DNA of 64,000 nt from positions 40,734,001-40,798,000 of the forward strand of contig JAGIQG010000018.1 of NCBI GenBank assembly GCA_024679065.1, read 5' to 3'. Under the pieces are notes generated by a model. That model saw nothing but the letters and a program-made list of their open reading frames with translations, was not told the origin of the DNA and made no database searches. This DNA is from Sphyrna mokarran (taxonomy: Eukaryota). This document shows positions 11,110 through 23,499 of the stretch, piece after piece. How positions within the stretch are numbered: the stretch's first letter is position 1; every line of letters begins with the position of its first letter. The translations under genes and the position numbers were made by a program.

Positions 11110-12340
11110 CTTTGATTTGATTTATTATTGTCAGATGTATCAGTGTGCAATAAAAAGTATTGTTTCTTGCGCACTATACAGACAAAATATACCATGTGTA
11201 CAGAAGAAAAGGAGAAGGTGCAGAATGTAATGTTACAGTCAAAGCTAGGGTGTTGAGAAAGATCAACTTAATATGAGGTAGGGGCATTCAAAAGTCTGAT
11301 GGCAGCAGGGGAAAAAACTCAGCTTGAGTTGGTTGATACATGATTTCAGATTTTTATATCTTATTCCTGGTAGAAGAGAATATGTCTGGGATGCATGAAG
11401 TCCTTGATTAGACAGATTGCTTTTCTGAGGCAGTGGGAAATATGGATGGAAGGCTGGTTTGTATGATGGACTGGGCTTCATTCACGACCCTCTGTCATTT
11501 CTTGCTGAATTGGACAGAGCAAAAGCCATATACTAAGCTGTGGTACAATCAGGAAGAATAATTTCTATGGTGCATTTGTAAAAGTTGCTGAGAGTCCTAG
11601 CAGACATGACAAATTTCCTTAGCCCCTTGAGAAAGTAGAGACGGTGGGCTTTCTTAATTGTAGCGTCGACTTGGATCAGGTTGTTTGTGATTTGAATACC
11701 TGGAAACTTGAAGCTCTCAACCATTTATATTTCCCCCCGTTAATGTAAACGGGGCACGTCCTCCACTATGCTTCCTGAAGTCGATAACTATCTCATTTGT
11801 TATGTTGACGTTGAGAGAGACGTTGTTGTCATCGCACCAATTCACCAGATTCTCTATCTTTCCAAATAGCAAAATGCTGGAAAATCTCAGCAGGTCTAGC
11901 AGCATCTGTAAGGAGAGAAAAGAGCTGGCATTAAGTCCAGCTGAACCTTTGTCAAAGTTGACAAAGCAACTTTGATAAAGGGTCATTTGGACTCAACGTC
12001 AGCTGTTTTCTATCCTTATAGATGCTGCTAGACCTGCTGAGATTTTCCAGCATTTTCTTTTTTGGTTTCCAATTCCAGCATCTGCAATAACTTTTATTCT
12101 CTACCTCTTTCCTGTACTTGGTCTCATCATTGTCAGAGATCCGACCCGCTACGGTGGTGTCACTTACAAACTTGAAAATAGAGTTGGAGGGGAATTTGGC
12201 CACACAGTCATGTGTATAAGGAGTATGGTAAGGGGCTGAGGATACAGCCTTGTGGGGCACCGGTGTTGAGGATGATTGTGGAGGAGGTGTTGTTACATAC
12301 CCTTACTAATTGTAGTCTCTGGGTTAGGAACTCTAGGATC
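11110..12340 (-). mobile_element. Rex1/Babar-type LINE 3' portion (degenerate RT)
   Basis: Minus frames [38 protein letters not shown] / LVNWCDDNNVSLNV...IVIDFRK / VESFKFPG...LYFLKGLRKF...LSNFYKCTIE; tail reads 'tttgatttgatttattattgtc' on +. Confidence 0.8.
11864..12095. mobile_element. Penelope-derived palindromic element with target-site duplication
   Basis: Near-perfect inverted repeat 11871-11960 / 11967-12056; flanks 'attctctatctttcc' (11849-11863) and 'attctctacctctttcc' (12096-12112). Confidence 0.8.
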
Positions 12341-12622
12341 CATTATTATTTGCAATAGTAATGAAATTTAGTCCTACTTTTCCTTAATAAAGTAAATGTT
12401 ACTATCCAATTATGAGAATATTTTTCTTAAGGAAACCATTTTTATTGGTTTAACAGGTCTAATAATGAATGGACAGTGATTTACTGTACTCGAGTGACTT
12501 TTGTATCATGTTTATTCACTTTTGTGGATGTTTCTATATAAAATTATATTCTAAATAAAATTATATTATGAAAAGTAATTCCAGATTTTTGGCATTCCAA
12601 TATTATGGGAAATGAGTGAAGG

Positions 12623-13210
12623 AGAACAACAAAGAACAAAGAGCAACACAGCACGGGAAACAGGCCCTTCGGCCCAACGAGCCCACGCTGCCGTCCTAAC
12701 GTCCTAATGACATATCCTTGTCTTTAGGCTATGCCTATTGTTGAAGATTCCCATATAGGGACCAATATAGGGACAATTTGTTACCCAGTCAGCCTAAAAG
12801 CACATTTTTGTGATGTGGGAGGAAACCAGAGCACCCGGAGGAAACCCACGCAACCACGGGGAGAACACACAAACTCCCGCAGACACAGGCCCAAATCCAT
12901 GTGTCAGCACAGCAACAGCGATAGTCTCTGAGCTGTCATGTTGCCCATCAGATGGTCCAGTTTAAGCATACACTGACGACGTGAAGCACTAGGCAACTCC
13001 TGAAGCAACCTCCAGGAGCAGCTCTCGCACGACATGCCGCATGCATGCCCTTGTTGGTCAACAAGGTGGACCAAATTGCCTGCGGAAACAAATAAGACTT
13101 AATTAAACATGCTAAAAAAAACTAAGACATTCCCGAGACGAAACTAAAAGATAGTCTACTACTATTTGGTCCTCCCGATATTCAAACAGTCCTGCTATAT
13201 CCCTCTATCT
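12623..13210 (-). mobile_element. 5'-truncated CR1 3'UTR carrying a structured module and a V-SINE body (copy 1)
   Basis: Minus strand reads ORF2 end 'gatagagggatatag', then the module, the V-domain and a CR1 tail 'gggccgaagggcctgtttcccgtgctgtg...ctttgttct'. Aligns with 31960-32424. Confidence 0.7.
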
Positions 13211-13800
13211 GCAGAAGAGCATGTTGTGACTGAATTAATAACAAGTCTCACTTTCCAAGAACCATCAAGAGATCACGATAATTAGATGTGAGATCTGGAG
13301 AATTCACGTAAATTAATTTATCGATTAGAAATCCAAATGCGTTCCCCCCCCCCCCCACCCCCACCTCACATCGTAATCATGACTGTACGTTTATTCCATA
13401 TGCTGATCACTCCGTGAAGAAGTTACCAGTATTACTTCTAGATTTTGTTTTAAATCTATGTTGCCATGTTCTGTTTCTGCAGTTTAATTGAAAGATATAT
13501 TTTGCTTTAACGTTTGCCCTAACACTTTGATATAGTTCCATCACGCCTTTCTTAGGTGAAAATCTCCCACCTTGTATTATGCTGTTTGGATATGTTCTTC
13601 AGCATGTTAACTCGACGTTGGTCAGACATATTTGCACTGAGTCTATTCAGATATCTTTTTCAAATTTAGTTTTGGTTATTTGAACGCTATTCATGAAACA
13701 TAAACATTGTCTTTCTTTTGTCCTTTATATAGCATGTGACATTAATCTAGATTAAATGTCATCTCCCGTTGTTCTGCCCACTGTTTTTTGTTATTCGTTG

Positions 13801-14449
13801 TGTTACAATCCCAGTTTCTATTAGTACTAGACAAATCCTGGAATGAAACCTGGCTTGATTGGTGGCTTTTGTAGCCATGGAGGAAATTTGCCAAATAAAT
13901 TCACAACTTTAATGAAGTATTTATTAAAACGAGAAGTGAACACTATACCAGGCAAAATGTTGCAAAGATCCCAATATAAGCACAAGAAGATCATTCAAAT
14001 TTCTGCTATTCCTTTACCCCAACAATAACTTTATAAACACAAACCATTGGACAAGCACAGATATAGACAGCCTTCATCTCATGAATTCTTGAGCATTTAT
14101 TTGATGCTTCTCACTTGTATCTCTCCTTGAGACATCCAAAAAACACACTCTAACTCACTTTCTTCAACTACAGAGCAAACGAATGAGTTTCATAGACTCA
14201 AGGCTTCAGGAAAAACTTTGCTCAACTGGTCTCTTTACTGAGTCCTATAACTGATCGCTCAGTTAACTTGCTTTTCTCCGAGAGCTTAAAATCTCTGCCT
14301 TTCTCTGACACGGGTGCATATGCACATTAGGAACATATGTATATAGACTCATGGGCACTGAGGTTCATAGACAAACTAAATGAAACTGAAATAATTTTTA
14401 TCTTTCCTAACATACATATACAACTTAAAATATACATTGGAAACTAACA
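13801..14449 (-). mobile_element. Solo LTR (649 bp)
   Basis: Termini TGTTA...TAACA; 4-bp target-site duplication GTTG at 13797-13800 and 14450-14453; AATAAA on the minus strand near 13920 (the orientation is inferred from this). Confidence 0.75.
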
Positions 14450-14519
14450 GTTGTTATTTTCCAAGGAAAACATCAGAACCAAATTTCAGATGATTACAAA
14501 GGAAACGACTAATTATCTG

Positions 14520-15132
14520 GGGGCGATGACGAGAAGAGAGGCGGGCCTGATCATTCTCTGGTGAGAGTGGGTGGACAGGGTGAATCAGATATACTTCTGG
14601 GAGGAGGGAGGGAAGTCAGATTGTTCTCTTTTTTTGGGGAGTGGAGGGTAAGATGTAACTGGGGGAGAGGCCCAATCGCTCACTGATGGGGTGGGGGGGG
14701 GTGCAGGGGGATCTGCTGCAACTCTGTGGGCAATTGGTTGGGGGGGGGGGGAAGGGGGCAGGTGGGGTGTGTGGATAAAGGGGACAGTGGGGCCTGGGTA
14801 GCGGGGAGGGTGGTGTGGATAAGGGGGGACAGTGGTGTCTGTGGGTGCCATCGCTCCCACTTTTTGCTTCTGGGCTACTTTCTCCGCTTTCTGGGACCCA
14901 GGAGTGATCTGACACATGCATGATTTTTCAACTTTTTTTCTAATTGCGTATACACAGTTCAGAGCTCTGATAGTTTTGGGTGTGCTAAGCCCCTCTCCCC
15001 TCCTCCCCAACAGCGTGATTCAGACCTGCGATTTTTTTTCAAGCTAAGAGGGGTGTCTGAAAGCACATTTCCAACTCCGATCTGAATTGCGCTGAGATTC
15101 AGCGTAGAATGAAAATGGTAAAATTGGGCCCC
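14520..15132. repeat. G-rich non-autonomous interspersed element (unclassified)
   Basis: G-run-rich body ending 'gtaaaattgggcccc'; resembles 1330-2115. Confidence 0.4.
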
Positions 15133-16619
15133 ATGTCTGATTTCCTGACAACAATGTACCAAAATACAAAAACAGTTGACGCTAGAAATATTTTGTCAGT
15201 TCTTCATGCATTGTGTATAACTAAATTTCACTAATTGGAGCAGTAGTGTATAATGGGTGAATTCAGCTAGTTGTTCAAATTATGTCTTTGAATTTACTTA
15301 AATACTTTTATTTTGAAAACCACATTTATTGTATACATTGTGTTTTTGAATGCTTTTAAGTATTAACATTGGATTACACATGATGTAAAATACCAAGATT
15401 ATGCAATATTAAAGCTCTAATGTCAACCTAAGGAAGCTGTTGAATTTTCTTAATATACGTCTATGGCCTTGGTTGGTCACTCAGTCTGGCAAAATGTTTA
15501 TGGCTGTTCTAGCAGGCTGAGGTTACAGCAACACCTCTGGAGCAAGTGAGAACAACATGCAATATAGTAATATTTCTTCTAGAAGTACTGGAAGAAATAC
15601 AAACACCAGGTGGACACATGACACCAAATAGGTAACTTTTAATATTAATTGGTCATAGCTTGCATACCAACTTGGCATTGATACCAATTATAATCTTCAG
15701 ATGAAACAAGAGTAGTGCTTGTAGACATCATTTACTCTACATCTTAAAGTCTTAAATGTTGTCTTTTATGTATCACTTTTGATTTTGTTTAAAAGAAAAG
15801 TTATAACTAAATTGAATATGTTATTCAGCAATCAAAGTAATCCAGTTGTTTGGAGTATATAAGTACAAAGAGTTGTACTACAGCATGAAGCTGTAAATGA
15901 AAAATTGAGGCAGTGCACCAGCATTAGGAAGAGAGTTTAATTGTAAAGGCTTCAGTGGTTTCAGTAAATTGATACAAATTTATGACAAAAACATGACAAC
16001 AGGGAATAAGGTTTTGTAGATAGTGATTTTTAACAACTTTTTAAAATGCTCATCGCAGTGTTTTTAATAAAAGGTACATTTTTAATGTGACCTTAAATGG
16101 TAATGTGTTCTGGGGATATGATTCATTAATTCCTGTTGTCATATTTGAATATTGTGTATCAAGCACCAATGGTCTATATTTTTAAACTTTTCTAAGGAGG
16201 TTACAAAACGTTTTTTTCCCCCAGAATTGTTATTAAAGACATCCAGCTATGGTAAATGATGTATTGCAGCTGATCCTTGTTTCTACTCTAATTGTATCTG
16301 AGATAAATATGAAATAATACTGGACCTTCTAAGATCTTGGATCAAATTCTTAATCAAGAAAATAACAATCTATCCTTTTAAATGTGCTTTTTATGTTGAC
16401 TCTTTTGGAGTCATCTTCTTCAGTGTTTTTCTTCATTTTTTTCCCAAAATTGTTGACACCATGGAAGCAAAGGTGTTTAATAATTGGTGTAAATAGTTGT
16501 TCAAATTATTTTCCAAACTCTGTTTCATTAGAAATAGGATGAGGGAAATGGATTGGTAAAGACTACTTCTTAATTTAGCAGCAATTTATTGCCTGAATCA
16601 AAATATCTTAGTTGTACGT

Positions 16620-16850
16620 TGGTAGCACAGTGGTTAGTACTGCTGTCTCGCAGCATTTGATTTCTGGCTTGGGTCACTATTTGTGGAGTTTACCCATCCT
16701 CTGCATTGTTTCCTCCCACAGTCTGAAAGATGTGCTGGTTAGATGGATTGGTCATGCTAAATTCCCCCTCTATGTACCTGAACAGGTGGTTACATTAACA
16801 TATTAACACAACAATGTAAACTTGCTTATGATATTAAGAAATAAGCTAAA
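16620..16850 (+). mobile_element. V-SINE (degenerate)
   Basis: 'ggtagcacagtggttagtactgctgtctcgcagc' head and V-domain remnants. Confidence 0.7.
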
Positions 16851-17194
16851 CTAACAAAGTGGCTGGAAAGTTATATTTCTTTGAGCTTAGTTTCCTCTTG
16901 CCTTTTACTTACTAATGAGGTTCGTATGAATATCTGGTGACACAACTTAGTTTAGAATTTTACTGCAGAAGAACCGTAGACTCTAACCAAAATCCCTCGC
17001 ATCAGAAGAGTTAGAGACATGGATGAAACTGATGTGATCCTATGTTGGCTACTACGGTGCGCTTGGAATTTAATTATGCTGACTATATATACTTTAATTC
17101 AGTGGTCTCCAAAGTTTTTAAGTCCAAGATCATTTATAGAAACTAAATGGCGCACAAGACCTACTCCTAAAAGTTTGTAATATATATAAATGAC

Positions 17195-18320
17195 TTCGAG
17201 GAAAATGTAACTGGATTGATTAGTAAATTTGCAGACAATACAAAGGTTGATGAATTTGCAGATAGCGATGAGGGCCATCAGAGAATACAGCAGGATTTGA
17301 TCACAGAATCATAGAAACCCTACAGTGCAGAAAGAAACCATCTGGTCATTGAGTCTGCACCGATCACAATCCTGCCCAGGCCCTAGCCCGATATGCCTAT
17401 ATATTTACCTGCTAATCCCTCTAACCTACACATCTCAGAATACTAAGGGGCAATTTTAGCATGGCCAATCAACCTAATGTACACATTTCTGCCCTTGAAT
17501 CTTTGATATGTTGAAAACTTGGGCAGAGGGTTGGCAGATGGACTTTAATCCAAACAAATGTGAGATAATGCATTTTGGAAGGTCTAATATAAATAGGAAA
17601 TATACTGTAAATGGTAGACCCCTTAAGAGTATTGATAGGCAATGGGTCCTGAGTGTAGGGCACACAGGTCACTGAAAATAGTAATACAGGCGGAGAAGGT
17701 AGTCAAGAAGGTATACGACATGCTTGCCTTCATCGGCTGGGGCATTGAGTTTAAAAATTGGCAAGTAATGTTGCAGCTTTATCAAACCTTAATTATGTAG
17801 CACTTGGAATATAGCATTCAATTCTGGTTGTCACACTACCAGAAGAATGTGGAGGCTTTGGACAGGGTACAGAAAAGATTTACCAGGATGTTACCTGGTA
17901 TAGAGGACATCAGCTATGAGGAGAGGTGGAAAAACTTAGTTTGTTCACATTGGAACAACAGAGCTTGAGGGGTGACCTGATAGAAGTCTACAAGATTATG
18001 AGAGGCATGGATAGTCAAAGCTTTTTCCCAGCATGGAAGAATCAATTACTAGGGGACATAGATTTAACATGCAAGGGGCAAGGCTGAAAGGAGATTTTTG
18101 AGACGTTTTTTACACAGAGGTTGGTGGGTGCCAGGAAAGCTGGTGGAAGCAGATACAATAGTAACTTTTAAGGGGCAGCACGACAAAGACATGAATAGGT
18201 TCAGAATAGAGGGATATGGTTGTTGGAAAGTTAGGAGTTTTAGTTAAGTTGGGTAGCATGCATGGTGCAGGCTTGAAGGACCGAAGGGCCTGTTCCTGCA
18301 CTGTAATTTTTTTTGTTCTT
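17195..18320 (+). mobile_element. CR1 LINE 3' portion with a nested minus-strand SINE (~17305-17490)
   Basis: Degenerate ISKFADNTK...WQMDFNPNKCEIMHFG; tail 'gaagggcctgttcctgcactgtaattttttttgttcttt'. Confidence 0.85.
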
Positions 18321-19604
18321 TACTAAACCCCCAAAAATGTACGCTATGAATAACACTCAGCTATTCTTAGTATGGTATCTGTGCTTCACATTGAAAGTGC
18401 TTTGAAGTTTAGGCCATAGAATGAGATGGCCAATCTCATTCAGGCCATCAGATGGGCATCATTGAGATGAGTGCAATATTTGGATTTGATGATTTTCTTC
18501 TGGGGAAAGTCATCTCAGAATATATAAAGTATGCCTTCACCTTGAGTGCCCCGGATATCAGAAGAGGATACTTCTCTCTGTTTACAAGTACTTAAAATTA
18601 TTTTTCCCTTGACCTACTTTCAGCTCGATGGTATTTTGCATAGTGACGATTTCCATGTCAAGTCCACTTTTCAAGTACCTGCTGAAATTTTGCTGTCAAT
18701 TCTGCAATGTTCACTGAAGTAAAGGATTTTTGACAAACCTAATGATTTTTTCCATTTTGTCTACTTCCTTTTCTAATTTGTTCAGGTAAGCACAGAATTA
18801 TTTTGATTGGAACCTTTTGCTTGCCCTGTTGTTGGATTTTCTCTGGATTTGGGAAGTGGTCAATAGTTTGTTCTTCAAGTGTGAGGAACACGGGCCCAAT
18901 TTCAATGTACAAGCATTCACTGTAGTGATATTCTCCTTCTCCTCCTCCTTCCCCTTATCCACCATCTCCTCCTTTCCCCTGCCCTGGTTTGCGATTCAGC
19001 TCATTCAATTTTACGCTGGTGTCTGTGAGAAACATCAAATGTAGCAAACCAAGTATTATCCATCAGCTCGCTGTACACCTTATTTCTTGATTTAAGAAAG
19101 GTGGCAGTTCTGGGGAGCAGATCTAAAAATTTTTGGAGCAATCTTCCTCCATTTAATCGTCTGCATGAAGGATTATTCACTACAGGTGGCATCAAACTCA
19201 TTGATTAATGATTTGAACAAGTGATATTGCAGAACTCTGGCAGTGGTATGAATTAAGTTGACAATCTTGATAGCAACGTTATTACATTGTTCGTTAGCAC
19301 TTCTTGATGGATAACACTGTAGTAATTGACAAAGCAGAGGATTTCAGAATCATTTCTGCAAAAGATGTATTGACACACAGTATTGAAGGTGTACGATCGG
19401 TTGTGATTGAAACCAGTTTCTTAATTGGAATGTTCTTGTCAGTCACATACCTTTTGAATTTGTTGTGAACATCATTATCTCTTGCCTCCCTTTTGAGCGG
19501 CAGAAGAGTGAGAAAATCCTCCTTTGTTGAGTCTTTGAATGTTGAGCAATATCCATCATGTCTATTGACTCATCAAACTGCAGTAAGAAACATTCACAGC
19601 CTGA

Positions 19605-20781
19605 TAACATAGAACAATACAGCACAAACTGGCTCTTCGGCCCACAAGTTGTGCCGATCATATCTGTACCTACCAGGCCGTAGAACTATCTGTAACTCCC
19701 AATCCCGTTAAATCCCATGTACTCATCCAGAAGTCTCTTAAAAGACCCCAGCGAGTTCGCCTCTATCACCACTGACAGCAACTGATTCCATTCACTCACC
19801 ATCTTCTGAGTGAAAAACTTACCTCTAACATCTCCTCTGTACTTGTGACCCAACACCTTAAACCTGTGCCTTCTCACAGTGACCATTTCAGCCCTGGGAA
19901 ATAGCCTCCGAGAATCCGCCCTTTCTATTCCTCTCAACATCTTATAAACCTCTATCAGGTCGTCTCTCAACCTTTGTCTCCAGGGAGAAGAGACCTAGCT
20001 CCCTCAACCTGTCTTCATAAGGCATGCCTCCCAATCCAGGCACCATCCTTGTAAATCTCCTCTGCACCCTCTCAATAGCTTCCACATCCTTCCTGTAGTG
20101 ACGCGACCAGAACTGCACACAGTACTCCAACTGGGGTCTGAGAAGGGTCTATAAAGTTGCAACATTACCTCACGACTCCTAGACTCAATCCCTCGATTAA
20201 TGAGGGCCAGTACAACATATGCCACTTTGACTGCATCCTCCACTTGCGAGGCTGATTTAAGAGTCCTATGGACCTGGACCCCAAGATCCTTCTGCTCCTC
20301 AACATTGCCAAGACTCCTACCCGTGATATTAGAACGTAGAACATTACAGTGCAGTACAGGCCGTTCGGCCCTCGATGTTATACTCCTTCATTCCCATAGG
20401 TCCTGCCAAAATGGACCACCACACATTTATCCGCATTGAAGTTCATCTGCTACTTCTCCACCCAGTCTTGCATCCTATCTGTGTCTTGCTGCAACTTCTG
20501 ACATCCCTCCAGACTATCCACAATACCACCAATCTTCGTATCGTCGGTGAACTTACTAACCCATCCCTCCACTTCCTCATCCAGGTCATTTATGAAAATG
20601 ACAAACAGCAAGGGTCCTAGAACAGATCCCTGGGGCACTCCACTTGTGACTGACCTCCATGCAGAAAAAGACCCATCCACAACCACTCTCTGCCTTCTGC
20701 AGGCAAGCCAGTTCTGGATTCACAAATCCCCTTGGATCCCATGGCCTCTCACCTTCTCAAGAAGTCTTGCATGGGAGACCT
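19605..20781 (-). mobile_element. CR1 LINE 3' portion
   Basis: ORFs 20450-20686 (SGVPQGSVLGPLLFVIFINDL...SKFTDDTK), 19942-20130 and 19686-19970. Confidence 0.9.
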
Positions 20782-21199
20782 TGATGTATTTGCTGAGACA
20801 TCTTCAGGCAAGAATTCGACCTTTTCTGGTTACTGTTAGTGTCAAGCAGCATGCTCTTGATCGTCATAGTTTCATCTTTGTCCTTGAAGTCTTTGAACAG
20901 TATATCGGCAGTAATCGTCATAGCCCCCTTGATAACTTTGCCATCAATGAATTGTTTCTTGTATTTCACCAGCAGATGGCTAATGCAAAAAGACATCTCT
21001 TTGCTGGCTTTGCCTTTAGCCACAGATTGTAAGAGTGACTATTGAGCTTTCAAAATTCTTTTTAACTCCCCAGTTTTCATGTTCTGAATCTCAGAAGGGG
21101 AAAATTTCTTGAAATTTTGCATGCATTGTTTTATGTTGCCATTCCAAATTGCCTCTTACTGAAGGCTACAGTCTGATGACCAAATGAAACAAATTGTGG

Positions 21200-21560
21200 G
21201 GGGCAATGGTGTAGTAATATTGCCATTAAACTAATAATCCAGAGACCCATGGTGAGATTTGGGGACCTGGGTTTAAATCCTAACATGGCAGATGGTTAAA
21301 TTTGAATTCAATAAAAATCTGGAATCAGAGTTTACTGATGACCATGAAACCATTATTGATTGTTCTAAAAATCCATTCTGTTCACTTGTGCTTTAGGAAA
21401 AGAAATCTATCACCCTTATCTGGACTGGCCTACTCTCAAACCTAGATCTACAGCAATTGATTGTCACTCAAATGCTGTCTGGAATGGAAGGCAGTTAGGA
21501 TTGAGCAATAAATGCAGCCCCAGGCAACAACACCCAGTCCTGTAAAATAAGTTTTTAAAA
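21200..21560 (+). mobile_element. Deu-domain-type SINE inserted in the hAT transposase
   Basis: tRNA-like head 'ggcaatggtgtagt...gggtttaaatcc', shared core with 3770-4020. Confidence 0.65.
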
Positions 21561-22369
21561 GTTGACGTTTGTGAAAAGAATTTCACCTCTTTATTCTTAG
21601 TGGAAATGATAAATTTTTACCGTTCGATCTCCCTAATTCTTTGCTTGTCATTTTGCCTTTATCCAGCTTGTTCCAAATTTTGGCACCAGCAAGAATCTTG
21701 TTGTCTGAATCTCTTGGATATTTGGCACAGTTCAGCAGGTAATGAGTTGATTCATCTGTGTGACTTTGAGGTCCACCTGCTAATAGCAATCGACTATTTG
21801 GAAATCACAGTTTTAATTGTTTCATGTATGTGAGATCTGAATAATGTTGATATTAATGTACTTCAAGTATATATTTTACACTTTAGTATGTATTTATTGA
21901 ATTTTCAGTGCATTATTTTTGAACCAGGTGTTAATATTTTTATTCCAAAAGGATTAATGCTTATGTTAAAACAAAAATGTGTAGTATATATTCGTATGCG
22001 TTCAACTGCAAAATCTCTTAAAATTCACTGAACTATATCATAATGCAAATTGAAGCCATTGGATAGAGAGGTTGTGTTTTACGCTAGTTTTATTTTTGAA
22101 CTTGCACTTGAAACTCCAGAATAGCAGTGTTGATACAAAACTACATGCATAGTGGCCCTGATCATAGAGAGGACGTGAATATCTAGTCCATGTAGCCTGT
22201 ATTGCCTGGTTGATACTGCATTACTTAAATTCCTCACTTGAGCAAACTGATTGGCATGGGTAATTCCCTAGACTAGATGAAAAGCCTGGTTCCATACTGT
22301 TTCACGGGCTAAGTCCAGGGAAATCTGGAACCTTTTATTTGCTGAGACAAGACCTGCTATCTTTGGTTC

Positions 22370-23000
22370 TATATTTGATCCCAAGATAAACTTCAGACTG
22401 CTTGCACCATCACTAAGACTTTTTTTTTCCCACCTTTGTAATGTTGCCAAATCTTGCCCCACCTTAGCTCATCTGTTGTGGAAACTCTCATTCATGTCCT
22501 TTTTGACTCAAGAATTCCACTGCACTACTGGCTGGTCTCTCACATTCTACCCTGTATAAATTTGAGGTCATCTGCTGCCCATGCCCTAATTTGTACCAAA
22601 ACTTGTTCGCTTTTCATCTCTGTGCTCACTGATCCATATTGACTTCCAGCCAAGCACAGTCTTGATTTTAAAATCCACATCCTTGTTTTCAAATCCATCC
22701 ATGGCGTGATTCCTGTCTTCAATCTAACGCCTGAATCTTCCAAGATATATATGCGTATCTAATTCTGACCTCTGAGTGTCCTGATTTTAATTGTAACATC
22801 TATTGGTGGTTGTGCCTTTAAATTGCCTCGGTCCCAAGCTCTTAAATTCCCTACTCACACCTCTCCACCATTCTACCTCTGTCTTGATTTAAGGCACTTC
22901 TTAAGACATATCTTTTGACTTAGCTCCCTATGTGGCAGTGTTACATTTTATTTCATAATGCAGTACCTTGGGAAGTTTAACTGCTAAATAGATTGTTGTT
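22370..23000 (+). mobile_element. L2-like LINE 3' fragment
   Basis: Degenerate ETLIHVLFDSR...W-LP...DFKI; L2-type tail 'gattgttgtt'. Confidence 0.65.
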
Positions 23001-23179
23001 CATACTTTATATACCTTGAAAATGTATGACTACAAATGTCAGGCTAGAGTTCCATGAAAAGGCGAAATATCTCATTTGAACAACAGTTGAATCAAGCTAT
23101 TTTATGCTATTTCTATGTAGTGGCTATGGTAGTTTCCACTAACAGGGTGCTTATGTCAATCCAAAAACATTCTTAGAAT

Positions 23180-23490
23180 TTTAGAATCTCTACAGTACAG
23201 AAGGAGGCCATTTGGCCAATCAGGTCTGTATTGACCACAGTCCCCACCCTGGCCATATCAGCATAACCCCACACACTTATCCCACTAATCCCCCTGACCC
23301 TAGAGTCAATTTAGCACGGCCACTGAACCTAACTCGCACACCTTTGGACTGTGGGTGGAAACTGGAGGATCCAGAGGAAACGCACGCAGATAAACGTGCA
23401 AACTCCACACGGTGACCCAAGCCAGGAATCAAATCCAGGTCTCTGATGATGTGAGGCAGTAGTGTTAACCAATGTGCCAACATGTTGCCT
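23180..23490 (-). mobile_element. V-SINE
   Basis: Reverse V-domain 'gaggaaacgcacgcag...gcaaactccacac' and reverse tRNA head. Confidence 0.75.
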
Positions 23491-23499
23491 GCTGCTATT

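Larger units (their letters stand above)
17100..21810 (-). mobile_element. Full-length fossil hAT (Charlie/SPIN-like) DNA transposon with nested retroelements
   Basis: Left TIR CAGTGGTCTCCAAA at 17100; right end TTTGGAAATCACAG ending 21810 (11/14 match to the reverse complement); 8-bp TSD CTTTAATT/TTTTAATT. Minus-strand transposase relics: SFCISHLLVKYKKQFIDGKVIK, CECFLLQFDESID, LVSITTD, VIHQE, LLQKFLDLLP. Confidence 0.85.

Noticed and set aside
14585-15010. Proline-rich ORFs (also 1568-1898 and 50610-50954)
   Set aside because: By-products of G/C runs and microsatellites in repeats.
18750-18791. Polypyrimidine-CAG|GTAAGC resembling a recursive splice site
   Set aside because: It lies inside the antisense hAT transposase fossil, the intron is modest in size, and chance occurrence is likely.
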